A DNA stretch of 50,737 bases from Nemertoderma westbladi (Eukaryota > Animalia > Xenacoelomorpha), in assembly GCA_032718475.1 (NCBI GenBank), contig JAUCBJ010005844.1, positions 1 through 50,737 of the forward strand, in the 5' to 3' direction. A program made the translations under genes and the position numbers. The notes under the pieces are model-generated. The model searched no databases. It worked only from the letters and a program-made list of their open reading frames with translations, and was not told where the DNA came from. Each line of letters opens with the position of its first letter. Position 1 is the stretch's first letter. This document shows, piece after piece, positions 13,798-26,700 of this stretch.

Positions 13798-14297
13798 GAC
13801 AGCACATAGTACACAGTAATTAATAGTTCGTGAATGCAATAGCAATAGTTATGAAATAAAAAAATCAACTAAAATAATGTAGTAATTAAAAACCAACAAT
13901 AAAAACATCATAAAATATAGTAAAAACAAACAATAAAAACGATCATCGTAAATATTGTAGCATATAGTAAAAAACAAACAATAAAAAAAAACGATCAACG
14001 CAAGCATTCCAGTGCGGGTTAAATTAAAATGTAATTAATGGCAGAATAGAATATAATGGCAGTGATAATGAATTAAAATTAATAGTAAAAACAAACAATA
14101 AAAACAACTGTTATGGTGGACTTTTTAAGATTTAAAATATATTGATGTTAAAAACAATCGTGTATACATCCAGTACTTAAGTTAAAATTAAATTTAAAAT
14201 TGAAAGTAATTAATTAAAAAATGTCAGTCGTCCATTAAAACAAATAAATAATGTTTAGTTTAGATTTAACTTCATATGCACAGCGTAATATAGGACA

Positions 14298-14714
14298 CTA
14301 GTTTACGTGGTATTCCAGATTGTACAGGTGAGTTTTTAGACGTTTCTTAAAAATGCCCACATTCGATGATTCGCGTATGGCCGGAGGCAATGCGTTCCAT
14401 ACAGTTGGAGCAGCAATGGAGAACGATCGCCTACCATAATGTTCCGTATTGTAGCGAGGGGCCACGAGTAAACCCAGCCCGCTGGATCGCATCTCGCGGA
14501 TGGGTAGGTACGGAGTTAGTAAGTCGCTTAGATACTTCGGGGCACAGTTATTTACGCATTTCCAAGTTAGCAAGGCAATTTTAAAGTCTATGCGGCGAAC
14601 TATAGGTAACCAGTGCAATGCTTTTAGGGTTGGAGTTATATGGTCCCTCTTCTTTACACCACATAGAAGTCGAGCCGCGGAGTTTTGAACGTACTGTAGT
14701 TTCTGAATGGATTT
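14298..14714 (-). pseudogene. C-terminal fragment (138 aa) of LINE ORF2 reverse transcriptase protein
   Basis: Frame open from the truncation point to the stop: KSIQKLQYVQNSAARLLCGVKKRDHITPTLKALHWLPIVRRIDFKIALL...APKYLSDLL...GRRSFSIAAPTVWNALP...FKKRLKTHLY. Matches the LQxVQNxAAR, HITPxLxxLHWLP and WNxLP motifs of L2-type ORF2 ends. Confidence 0.92.
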
Positions 14715-14715
14715 T

Positions 14716-17700
14716 TACCGAGGTTGAGAAGGTGCGTTGCTTACGAGTTCAGTGTTCGTAGTACCGAGGTTGAGAAGGTGCGTTGCTTACGAGTTCAGTG
14801 TTCGTAGTACCGAGGTTGAGAAGGTGCGTTGCTTACGAGTTCGGTGTTCGTAGTACCGAGGTTGAGAAGGTGCGTTGCTTACGAGTTCGGTGTTCGTAGT
14901 ACCGAGGTTGAGAAGGTGCGTTGCTTACGAGTTCAGTGTTCGTAGTACCGAGGTTGAGAAGGTGCGTTGCTTACGAGTTCAGTTTTCGTAGTACCGAGGT
15001 TGAGAAGGTGCGTTGCTTACGAGTTCGGTGTTCGTACTACCGAGGTTGAGAAGGTGCGTTGCGTACGAGTTCGGTGTTCGTAGTACCGAGGTGGAGAAGG
15101 TGCGTTGCTTACGAGTTCAGTGTTCGTAGTACCGAGGTTGAGAAGGTGCGTTGCTTACGAGTTCGGTGTTCGTAGTACCGAGGTTGAGAAGGTGCGTTGC
15201 TTACGAGTTCAGTGTTCGTAGTACCGAGGTTGAGAAGGTGCGTTGCTTACGAGTTCAGTTTTCGTAGTACCGAGGTTGAGAAGGTGCGTTGCTTACGAGT
15301 TCAGTTTTCGTAGTACCGAGGTTGAGAAGGTGCGTTGCTTACGAGTTCGGTGTTCGTAGTACCGAGGTTGAGAAGGTGCGTTGCTTACGAGTTCAGTTTT
15401 CGTAGTACCGAGGTTGAGAAGGTGCGTTGCTTACGAGTTCGGTGTTCGTAGTACCGAGGTGGAGAAGGTGCGTTGCTTACGAGTTCGGTGTTCGTAGTAC
15501 CGAGGTTGAGAAGGTGCGTTGCTTACGAGTTCGGTGTTCGTAGTACCGAGGTTGAGAAGGTGCGTTGCTTACGAGTTCGGTGTTCGTAGTACCGAGGTTG
15601 CGAAGGTGCGTTGCTTACGAGTTCAGTGTTCGTAGTACCGAGGTTGAGAAGGTGCGTTGCTTACGAGTTCGGTGTTCGTACTACCGAGGTTGAGAAGGTG
15701 CGTTGCGTACGAGTTCGGTGTTCGTAGTACCGAGGTTGAGAAGGTGCGTTGCTTACGAGTTCAGTGTTCGTAGTACCGAGGTTGAGAAGGTGCGTTGCTT
15801 ACGAGTTCGGTGTTCGTAGTACCGAGGTTGAGAAGGTGCGTTGCTTACGAGTTCGGTGTTCGTAGTACCGAGGTGGAGAAGGTGCGTTGCTTACGAGTTC
15901 AGTGTTCGTAGTACCGAGGTTGAGAAGGTGCGTTGCTTACGAGTTCGGTGTTCGTAGTACCGAGGTTGAGAAGGTGCGTTGCGTACGAGTTCGGTGTTCG
16001 TAGTACCGAGGTTGAGAAGGTGCGTTGCGTACGAGTTCGGTGTTCGTAGTACCGAGGTTGAGAAGGTGCGTTGCTTACGAGTTCAGTGTTCGTAGTACCG
16101 AGGTTGAGAAGGTGCGTTGCGTACGAGTTCGGTGTTCGTAGTACCGAGGTTGAGAAGGTGCGTTGCGTACGAGTTCGGTGTTCGTAGTACCGAGGTTGAG
16201 AAGGTGCGTTGCGTACGAGTTCGGTGTTCGTAGTACCGAGGTTGAGAAGGTGCGTTGCTTACGAGTTCGGTGTTCGTAGTACCGAGGTGGAGAAGGTGCG
16301 TTGCTTACGAGTTCGGTGTTCGTAGTACCGAGGTTGAGAAGGTGCGTTGCTTACGAGTTCAGTATTCGTAGTACCGAGGTTGAGAAGGTGCGTTGCTTAC
16401 GAGTTCAGTGTTCGTAGTACCGAGGTTGAGAAGGTGCGTTGCTTACGAGTTCAGTGTCGTAGTACCGAGGTTGAGAAGGTGCGTTGCTTACGAGTTCGGT
16501 GTTCGTAGTACCGAGGTGGAGAAGGTGCGTTGCTTACGAGTTCGGTGTTCGTAGTACCGAGGTTGAGAAGGTGCGTTGCTTACGAGTTCAGTATTCGTAG
16601 TACCGAGGTTGAGAAGGTGCGTTGCTTACGAGTTCAGTGTTCGTAGTACCGAGGTTGAGAAGGTGCGTTGCTTACGAGTTCAGTGTCGTAGTACCGAGGT
16701 TGAGAAGGTGCGTTGCTTACGAGTTCAGTGTTCGTAGTACCGAGGTTGAGAAGGTGCGTTGCTTACGAGTTCAGTATTCGTAGTACCGAGGTTGAGAAGG
16801 TGCGTTGCTTACGAGTTCAGTGTTCGTAGTACCGAGGTTGAGAAGGTGCGTTGCTTACGAGTTCAGTGTCGTAGTACCGAGGTTGAGAAGGTGCGTTGCT
16901 TACGAGTTCAGTGTTCGTAGTACCGAGTTTGAGAAGGTGCGTTGCTTACGAGTTCAGTGTTCGTAGTACCGAGGTTGAGAAGGTGCGTTGCTTACGAGTT
17001 CAGTATTCGTAGTACCGAGGTTGAGAAGGTGCGTTGCTTACGAGTTCAGTGTTCGTAGTACCGAGGTTGAGAAGGTGCGTTGCTTACGAGTTCAGTGTTC
17101 GTAGTACCGAGGTTGAGAAGGTGCGTTGCTCACGAGTTCAGTGTTCGTAGTACCGAGTTTGAGAAGGTGCGTTGCTTACGAGTTCAGTGTTCGTAGTACC
17201 GAGGTTGAGAAGGTGCGTTGCTTACGAGTTCAGTGTTCGTAGTACCGAGGTTGAGAAGGTGCGTTGCTTACGAGTTCAGTATTCGTAGTACCGAGGTTGA
17301 GAAGGTGCGTTGCTTACGAGTTCAGTGTTCGTAGTACCGAGGTTGAGAAGGTGCGTTGCTCACGAGTTCAGTGTTCGTAGTACCGAGGTTGAGAAGGTGC
17401 GTTGCGTACGAGTTCAGTGTTCGTAGTACCGAGGTTGAGAAGGTGCGTTGCTCACGAGTTCAGTGTTCGTAGTACCGAGGTTGAGAAGGTGCGTTGCGTA
17501 CGAGTTCAGTGTTCGTAGTACCGAGGTTGAGAAGGTGCGTTGCTTACGAGTTCAGTATTCGTAGTACCGAGGTTGAGAAGGTGCGCTACTTACGATACGA
17601 GTTCAGTATTCGTAGTACCGAGGTTGAGAAGGTGCGTTGCTTACGAGTTCAGTGTTCGTAGTACTGAGGTTGAGAAGTACCGAGGTTGAGAAGGTGCGCT

Positions 17701-20700
17701 ACTTACGATACGAGTTCAGTATTCGTAGTACCGAGGTTGAGAAGGTGCGTTGCTTACGAGTTCAGTGTTCGTAGTACTGAGGTTGAGAAGTACCGAGGTT
17801 GAGAAGTACCGAGGTTGAGAAGGTGCGTTGCTCACGAGTTCGGTGTTCGTAGTACCGAGGTTGAGAAGGTGCGTTGCTTACGAGTTCGGTGTTCGTAGTA
17901 CCGAGGTTGAGAAGGTGCGTTGCGTACGAGTTCAGTGTTCGTAGTACCGAGGTTGAGAAGGTGCGCTACTTACGATACGAGTTCAGTATTCGTAGTACCG
18001 AGGTTGAGAAGGTGCGTTGCTTACGAGTTCAGTGTTCGTAGTACCGAGGTTGAGAAGGTGCGTTGCTTACGAGTTCAGTGTTCGTAGTACTGAGGTTGAG
18101 AAGTACCGAGGTTGAGAAGTACCGAGGTTGAGAAGGTGCGTTGCTCACGAGTTCGGTGTTCGTAGTACCGAGGTTGAGAAGGTGCGTTGCGTACGAGTTC
18201 AGTGTTCGTAGTACCGAGGTTGAGAAGGTGCGTTGCTTACGAGTTCGGTGTTCGTAGTACCGAGGTTGAGAAGGTGCGTTGCTTACGAGTTCAGTATTCG
18301 TAGTACCGAGGTTGAGAAGGTGCGCTACTTACGATACGAGTTCAGTATTCGTAGTACCGAGGTTGAGAAGGTGCGTTGCTTACGAGTTCAGTGTTCGTAG
18401 TACTGAGGTTGAGAAGTACCGAGGTTGAGAAGTACCGAGGTTGAGAAGGTGCGTTGCTCACGAGTTCGGTGTTCGTAGTACCGAGGTTGAGAAGGTGCGT
18501 TGCTTACGAGTTCGGTGTTCGTAGTACCGAGGTTGAGAAGGTGCGTTGCGTACGAGTTCAGTGTTCGTAGTACCGAGGTTGAGAAGGTGCGCTACTTACG
18601 ATACGAGTTCAGTATTCGTAGTACCGAGGTTGAGAAGGTGCGTTGCTTACGAGTTCAGTGTTCGTAGTACCGAGGTTGAGAAGGTGCGTTGCTTACGAGT
18701 TCAGTGTTCGTAGTACTGAGGTTGAGAAGTACCGAGGTTGAGAAGTACCGAGGTTGAGAAGGTGCGTTGCTCACGAGTTCGGTGTTCGTAGTACCGAGGT
18801 TGAGAAGGTGCGTTGCGTACGAGTTCAGTGTTCGTAGTACCGAGGTTGAGAAGGTGCGTTGCTTACGAGTTCGGTGTTCGTAGTACCGAGGTTGAGAAGG
18901 TGCGTTGCTTACGAGTTCAGTATTCGTAGTACCGAGGTTGAGAAGGTGCGCTACTTACGATACGAGTTCAGTATTCGTAGTACCGAGGTTGAGAAGGTGC
19001 GTTGCTTACGAGTTTAGTGTTCGTAGTACCGAGGTTGAGAAGGTGCGTTGCTTACGAGTTCGGTGTTCGTAGTACCGAGGTTGAGAAGGTGCGTTGCTTA
19101 CGAGTTCAGTGTTCGTAGTACCGAGGTTGAGAAGGTGCGTTGCTTACGAGTTCAGTGTTCGTAGTACCGAGGTTGAGAAGGTGCGTTGCTTACGAGTTCA
19201 GTGTTCGTAGTACCGAGGTTGAGAAGGTGCGTTGCTTACGAGTTCGGTGTTCGTAGTACCGAGGTTGAGAAGGTGCGTTGCTTACGAGTTCAGTGTTCGT
19301 AGTACCGAGGTTGAGAAGGTGCGTTGCTTACGAGTTCAGTGTTCGTAGTACCGAGGTTGAGAAGGTGCGTTGCTTACGAGTTCAGTGTTCGTAGTACCGA
19401 GGTTGAGAAGGTGCGTTGCTTACGAGTTCGGTGTTCGTAGTACCGAGGTTGAGAAGGTGCGTTGCTTACGAGTTCAGTGTTCGTAGTACCGAGGTTGAGA
19501 AGGTGCGTTGCTTACGAGTTCAGTGTTCGTAGTACCGAGGTTGAGAAGGTGCGTTGCTTACGAGTTCGGTGTTCGTAGTACCGAGGTTGAGAAGGTGCGT
19601 TGCTTACGAGTTCAGTGTTCGTAGTACCGAGGTTGAGAAGGTGCGTTGCTCACGAGTTCAGTGTTCGTAGTACCGAGGTTGAGAAGGTGCGTTGCGTACG
19701 AGTTCAGTGTTCGTAGTACCGAGGTTGAGAAGGTGCGTTGCTTACGAGTTCAGTGTTCGTAGTACCGAGGTTGAGAAGGTGCGTTGCTTACGAGTTCGGT
19801 GTTCGTAGTACCGAGGTTGAGAAGGTGCGTTGCTTACGAGTTCAGTGTTCGTAGTACCGAGGTTGAGAAGGTGCGTTGCTTACGAGTTCGGTGTTCGTAG
19901 TACCGAGGTTGAGAAGGTGCGTTGCTTACGAGTTCAGTGTTCGTAGTACCGAGGTTGAGAAGGTGCGTTGCTCACGAGTTCAGTGTTCGTAGTACCGAGG
20001 TTGAGAAGGTGCGTTGCGTACGAGTTCAGTGTTCGTAGTACCGAGGTTGAGAAGGTGCGTTGCGTACGAGTTCAGTGTTCGTAGTACCGAGGTTGAGAAG
20101 GTGCGTTGCTTACGAGTTCAGTATTCGTAGTACCGAGGTTGAGAAGGTGCGCTACTTACGATACGAGTTCAGTATTCGTAGTACCGAGGTTGAGAAGGTG
20201 CGTTGCTTACGAGTTCAGTGTTCGTAGTACTGAGGTTGAGAAGTACCGAGGTTGAGAAGTACCGAGGTTGAGAAGGTGCGTTGCTCACGAGTTCGGTGTT
20301 CGTAGTACCGAGGTTGAGAAGGTGCGTTGCTTACGAGTTCGGTGTTCGTAGTACCGAGGTTGAGAAGGTGCGTTGCGTACGAGTTCAGTGTTCGTAGTAC
20401 CGAGGTTGAGAAGGTGCGCTACTTACGATACGAGTTCAGTATTCGTAGTACCGAGGTTGAGAAGGTGCGTTGCTTACGAGTTCAGTGTTCGTAGTACCGA
20501 GGTTGAGAAGGTGCGTTGCTTACGAGTTCAGTGTTCGTAGTACTGAGGTTGAGAAGTACCGAGGTTGAGAAGTACCGAGGTTGAGAAGGTGCGTTGCTCA
20601 CGAGTTCGGTGTTCGTAGTACCGAGGTTGAGAAGGTGCGTTGCGTACGAGTTCAGTGTTCGTAGTACCGAGGTTGAGAAGGTGCGTTGCTTACGAGTTCG

Positions 20701-23700
20701 GTGTTCGTAGTACCGAGGTTGAGAAGGTGCGTTGCTTACGAGTTCAGTATTCGTAGTACCGAGGTTGAGAAGGTGCGCTACTTACGATACGAGTTCAGTA
20801 TTCGTAGTACCGAGGTTGAGAAGGTGCGTTGCTTACGAGTTTAGTGTTCGTAGTACCGAGGTTGAGAAGGTGCGTTGCTTACGAGTTCGGTGTTCGTAGT
20901 ACCGAGGTTGAGAAGGTGCGTTGCTTACGAGTTCAGTGTTCGTAGTACCGAGGTTGAGAAGGTGCGTTGCTTACGAGTTCAGTGTTCGTAGTACCGAGGT
21001 TGAGAAGGTGCGTTGCTTACGAGTTCAGTGTTCGTAGTACCGAGGTTGAGAAGGTGCGTTGCTTACGAGTTCGGTGTTCGTAGTACCGAGGTTGAGAAGG
21101 TGCGTTGCTTACGAGTTCAGTGTTCGTAGTACCGAGGTTGAGAAGGTGCGTTGCTTACGAGTTCAGTGTTCGTAGTACCGAGGTTGAGAAGGTGCGTTGC
21201 TTACGAGTTCAGTGTTCGTAGTACCGAGGTTGAGAAGGTGCGTTGCTTACGAGTTCGGTGTTCGTAGTACCGAGGTTGAGAAGGTGCGTTGCTTACGAGT
21301 TCAGTGTTCGTAGTACCGAGGTTGAGAAGGTGCGTTGCTTACGAGTTCAGTGTTCGTAGTACCGAGGTTGAGAAGGTGCGTTGCTTACGAGTTCGGTGTT
21401 CGTAGTACCGAGGTTGAGAAGGTGCGTTGCTTACGAGTTCAGTGTTCGTAGTACTGAGGTTGAGAAGTACCGAGGTTGAGAAGTACCGAGGTTGAGAAGG
21501 TGCGTTGCTTACGAGTTCAGTGTTCGTAGTACCGAGGTTGAGAAGGTGCGTTGCTTACGAGTTCAGTGTTCGTAGTACCGAGGTTGAGAAGGTGCGTTGC
21601 TTACGAGTTCGGTGTTCGTAGTACCGAGGTTGAGAAGGTGCGTTGCTTACGAGTTCGGTGTTCGTAGTACCGAGGTTGAGAAGGTGCGTTGCGTACGAGT
21701 TCAGTGTTCGTAGTACCGAGGTTGAGAAGGTGCGCTACTTACGATACGAGTTCAGTATTCGTAGTACCGAGGTTGAGAAGGTGCGTTGCTTACGAGTTCA
21801 GTGTTCGTAGTACCGAGGTTGAGAAGGTGCGTTGCTTACGAGTTCAGTGTTCGTAGTACTGAGGTTGAGAAGTACCGAGGTTGAGAAGTACCGAGGTTGA
21901 GAAGGTGCGTTGCTCACGAGTTCGGTGTTCGTAGTACCGAGGTTGAGAAGGTGCGTTGCTTACGAGTTCAGTGTTCGTAGTACCGAGGTTGAGAAGGTGC
22001 GTTGCTTACGAGTTCAGTGTTCGTAGTACCGAGGTTGAGAAGGTGCGTTGCTTACGAGTTCAGTGTTCGTAGTACCGAGGTTGAGAAGGTGCGTTGCTTA
22101 CGAGTTCAGTGTCGTAGTACCGAGGTTGAGAAGGTGCGTTGCTTACGAGTTCAGTGTTCGTAGTACCGAGGTGGAGAAGACGCGTTGCTTACGAGTTCAG
22201 TGTTCGTAGTACCGAGGTTGAGAAGGTGCGTTGCTTACGAGTTCAGTGTTCGTAGTACCGAGGTTGAGAAGGTGCGTTGCTTACGAGTTCAGTGTTCGTA
22301 GTACCGAGGTTGAGAAGGTGCGTTGCTTACGAGTTCAGTGTCGTAGTACCGAGGTTGAGAAGGTGCGTTGCTTACGAGTTCAGTGTTCGTAGTACCGAGG
22401 TGGAGAAGACGCGTTGCTTACGAGTTCAGTGTTCGTAGTACCGAGGTTGAGAAGGTGCGTTGCTTACGAGTTCGGTGTTCGTAGTACCGAGGTTGAGAAG
22501 GTGCGTTGCGTACGAGTTCAGTGTTCGTAGTACCGAGGTTGAGAAGTACCGAGGTTGAGAAGTACCGAGGTTGAGAAGGTGCGTTGCTCACGAGTTCGGT
22601 GTTCGTAGTACCGAGGTTGAGAAGGTGCGTTGCTTACGAGTTCGGTGTTCGTAGTACCGAGGTTGAGAAGGTGCGTTGCGTACGAGTTCAGTGTTCGTAG
22701 TACCGAGGTTGAGAAGGTGCGCTACTTACGATACGAGTTCAGTATTCGTAGTACCGAGGTTGAGAAGGTGCGTTGCTTACGAGTTCAGTGTTCGTAGTAC
22801 CGAGGTTGAGAAGGTGCGTTGCTTACGAGTTCAGTGTTCGTAGTACTGAGGTTGAGAAGTACCGAGGTTGAGAAGTACCGAGGTTGAGAAGGTGCGTTGC
22901 TCACGAGTTCGGTGTTCGTAGTACCGAGGTTGAGAAGGTGCGTTGCTTACGAGTTCGGTGTTCGTAGTACCGAGGTTGAGAAGGTGCGTTGCGTACGAGT
23001 TCAGTGTTCGTAGTACCGAGGTTGAGAAGGTGCGTTGCTTACGAGTTCAGTATTCGTAGTACCGAGGTTGAGAAGGTGCGCTACTTACGATACGAGTGCG
23101 GTGTTCGTAGTACCGAGGTTGAGAAGTACCGAGGTTGAGAAGGTGCGTTGCTTACGAGTTCAGTGTTCGTAGTACCGAGGTTGAGAAGGTGCGTTGCTCA
23201 CGAGTTCAGTGTTCGTAGTACCGAGGTTGAGAAGGTGCGTTGCTTACGAGTTCAGTGTTCGTAATACCGAGGTTGAGAAGACGCGTTGCTTACGAGTTCA
23301 GTGTTCGTAGTACCGAGGTTGAGAAGGTGCGTTGCTTACGAGTTCAGTGTTCGTAGTACCGAGGTTGAGAAGGTGCGTTGCTTACGAGTTCAGTGTTCGT
23401 AGTACCGAGGTTGAGAAGACGCGTTGCTTACGAGTTCAGTGTTCGTAGTACCGAGGTTGAGAAGGTGCGTTGCTTACGAGTTCAGTGTTTGTAGTACCGA
23501 GGTTGAGAAGGTGCGTTGCTTACGAGTTCAGTGTTCGTAGTACCGAGGTTGAGAAGGTGCGTTGCTTACGAGTTCGGTGTTCGTAGTACCGAGGTGGAGA
23601 AGGTGCGTTGCTTACGAGTTCAGTGTTCGTAGTACCGAGGTTGAGAAGGTGCGTTGCTTACGAGTTCGGTGTTCGTAGTACCGAGGTTGAGAAGGTGCGT

Positions 23701-26700
23701 TGCTTACGAGTTCAGTGTTCGTAGTACCGAGGTTGAGAAGGTGCGTTGCTTACGAGTTCGGTGTTCGTAGTACCGAGGTTGAGAAGGTGCGCTACTTACG
23801 ATACGAGTGCGGTGTTCGTAGTACCGAGGTTGAGAAGGTGCGTTGCTTACGAGTTCAGTGTTCGTAGTACCGAGGTTGAGAAGGTGCGTTGCTTACGAGT
23901 TCAGTGTTCGTAGTACCGAGGTTGAGAAGACGCGTTGCTTACGAGTTCAGTGTTCGTAGTACCGAGGTTGAGAAGGTGCGTTGCTTACGAGTTCAGTGTT
24001 CGTAGTACCGAGGTTGAGAAGGTGCGTTGCTTACGAGTTCAGTGTTCGTAGTACCGAGGTTGAGAAGACGCGTTGCTTACGAGTTCAGTGTTCGTAGTAC
24101 CGAGGTTGAGAAGGTGCGTTGCTTACGAGTTCAGTGTTTGTAGTACCGAGGTTGAGAAGGTGCGTTGCTTACGAGTTCAGTGTTCGTAGTACCGAGGTTG
24201 AGAAGGTGCGTTGCTTACGAGTTCGGTGTTCGTAGTACCGAGGTGGAGAAGGTGCGTTGCTTACGAGTTCAGTGTTCGTAGTACCGAGGTTGAGAAGGTG
24301 CGTTGCTTACGAGTTCGGTGTTCGTAGTACCGAGGTTGAGAAGGTGCGTTGCTTACGAGTTCAGTGTTCGTAGTACCGAGGTTGAGAAGGTGCGTTGCTT
24401 ACGAGTTCAGTGTTCGTAGTACCGAGGTTGAGAAGGTGCGTTGCTTACGAGTTCGGTGTTCGTAGTACCGAGGTGGAGAAGGTGCGTTGTTTACGAGTTC
24501 GGTGTTCGTAGTACCGAGGTGGAGAAGGTGCGTTGCTTACGAGTTCAGTGTTCGTAGTACCGAGGTTGAGAAGGTGCGTTGCTTACGAGTTCAGTGTTCG
24601 TAGTACCGAGGTTGAGAAGGTGCGTTGCTTACGAGTTCAGTGTTCGTAGTACCGAGGTTGAGAAGGTGCGTTGCTTACGAGTTCGGTGTTCGTAGTACCG
24701 AGGTGGAGAAGGTGCGTTGTTTACGAGTTCGGTGTTTGTAGTACCGAGGTTGAGAAGGTGCGTTGCTTACGAGTTCAGTGTTCGTAGTACCGAGGTTGAG
24801 AAGGTGCGTTGCGTACGAGTTCAGTGTTCGTAGTACCGAGGTTGAGAAGGTGCGTTGCTTACGAGTTCGGTGTTCGTAGTACCGAGGTTGAGAAGGTGCG
24901 TTGCTTACGAGTTTAGTGTTCGTAGTACCGAGGTTGAGAAGGTGCGTTGCTTACGAGTTTGGTGTTCGTAGTACCGAGGTGGAGAAGGTGCGTTGTTTAC
25001 GAGTTCGGTGTTCGTAGTACCGAGGTTGAGAAGGTGCGTTGCTTACGAGTTCAGTGTTCGTAGTACCGAGGTTGAGAAGGTGCGTTGCTTACGAGTTCGG
25101 TGTTCGTAGTACCGAGGTTGAGAAGGTGCGTTGTTTACGAGTTCGGTGTTCGTAGTACCGAGGTTGAGAAGGTGCGTTGCGTATGAGTTCGGTGTTCGTA
25201 GTACCGAGGTTGAGAAGGTGCGTTGCGTACGAGTTCAGTGTTCGTAGTACCGAGGTTGAGAAGGTGCGTTGCTTACGAGTTCGGTGTTCGTAGTACCGAG
25301 GTTGAGAAGGTGCGTTGCTTACGAGTTCAGTGTTCGTAGTACCGAGGTTGAGAAGACGCGTTGCTTACGAGTTCGGTGTTCGTAGTACCGAGGTTGAGAA
25401 GGTGCGTTGCTTACGAGTTCAGTGTTCGTAGTACCGAGGTTGAGAAGACGCGTTGCTTACGAGTTCGGTGTTCGTAGTACCGAGGTTGAGAAGGTGCGTT
25501 GCTTACGAGTTCAGTGTTCGTAGTACCGAGGTTGAGAAGGTGCGTTGCTTACGAGTTCAGTGTTCGTAGTACCGAGGTGGAGAAGGTGCGTTGCTTACGA
25601 GTTCGGTGTTCGTAGTACCGAGGTTGAGAAGGTGCGTTGCTTACGAGTTCGGTGTTCGTAGTACCGAGGTTGAGAAGGTGCGTTGCTTACGAGTTCGGTG
25701 TTCGTAGTACCGAGGTTGAGAAGGTGCGTTGCTTACGAGTTCGGTGTTCGTAGTACCGAGGTTGAGAAGGTGCGTTGCTTACGAGTTCAGTGTTCGTAGT
25801 ACCGAGGTTGAGAAGGTGCGTTGCTTACGAGTTCAGTGTTCGTAGTACCGAGGTTGAGAAGGTGCGTTGCTTACGAGTTCGGTGTTCGTAGTACCGAGGT
25901 GGAGAAGGTGCGTTGTTTACGAGTTCGGTGTTCGTAGTACCGAGGTTGAGAAGGTGCGTTGCTTACGAGTTCGGTGTTCGTAGTACCGAGGTTGAGAAGG
26001 TGCGTTGCTTACGAGTTTGGTGTTCGTAGTACCGAGGTGGAGAAGGTGCGTTGTTTACGAGTTCGGTGTTCGTAGTACCGAGGTTGAGAAGGTGCGTTGC
26101 TTACGAGTTCAGTGTTCGTAGTACCGAGGTTGAGAAGGTGCGTTGCTTACGAGTTCAGTGTTCGTAGTACCGAGGTTGAGAAGACGCGTTGCTTACGAGT
26201 TCGGTGTTCGTAGTACCGAGGTTGAGAAGGTGCGTTGCGTATGAGTTCGGTGTTCGTAGTACCGAGGTTGAGAAGGTGCGTTGCGTACGAGTTCAGTGTT
26301 CGTAGTACCGAGGTTGAGAAGGTGCGTTGCTTACGAGTTCGGTGTTCGTAGTACCGAGGTTGAGAAGGTGCGTTGCTTACGAGTTCAGTGTTCGTAGTAC
26401 CGAGGTTGAGAAGACGCGTTGCTTACGAGTTCAGTGTTCGTAGTACCGAGGTTGAGAAGGTGCGTTGCTTACGAGTTCAGTGTTCGTAGTACCGAGGTTG
26501 AGAAGACGCGTTGCTTACGAGTTCGGTGTTCGTAGTACCGAGGTTGAGAAGGTGCGTTGCTTACGAGTTCAGTGTTCGTAGTACCGAGGTTGAGAAGACG
26601 CGTTGCTTACGAGTTCGGTGTTCGTAGTACCGAGGTTGAGAAGGTGCGTTGCTTACGAGTTCAGTGTTCGTAGTACCGAGGTTGAGAAGGTGCGTTGCTT

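Larger units (their letters stand above)
13727..14715 (-). mobile_element. 5'-truncated non-LTR retrotransposon (L2/CR1-group LINE), ~989 bp
   Basis: On the minus strand: C-terminal part of ORF2, an AT-rich 3' UTR, then ...CAGCGCC...GGCGCTATATAAATAAATATATATTATTATTATTTATTA (stem plus (TTA)n tail typical of L2-clade 3' ends). Flanked by a 15-bp TSD. Confidence 0.92.

Noticed and set aside
14366-14688. Plus-strand ORFs within the LINE
   Set aside because: Antisense shadows of the ORF2 fragment.
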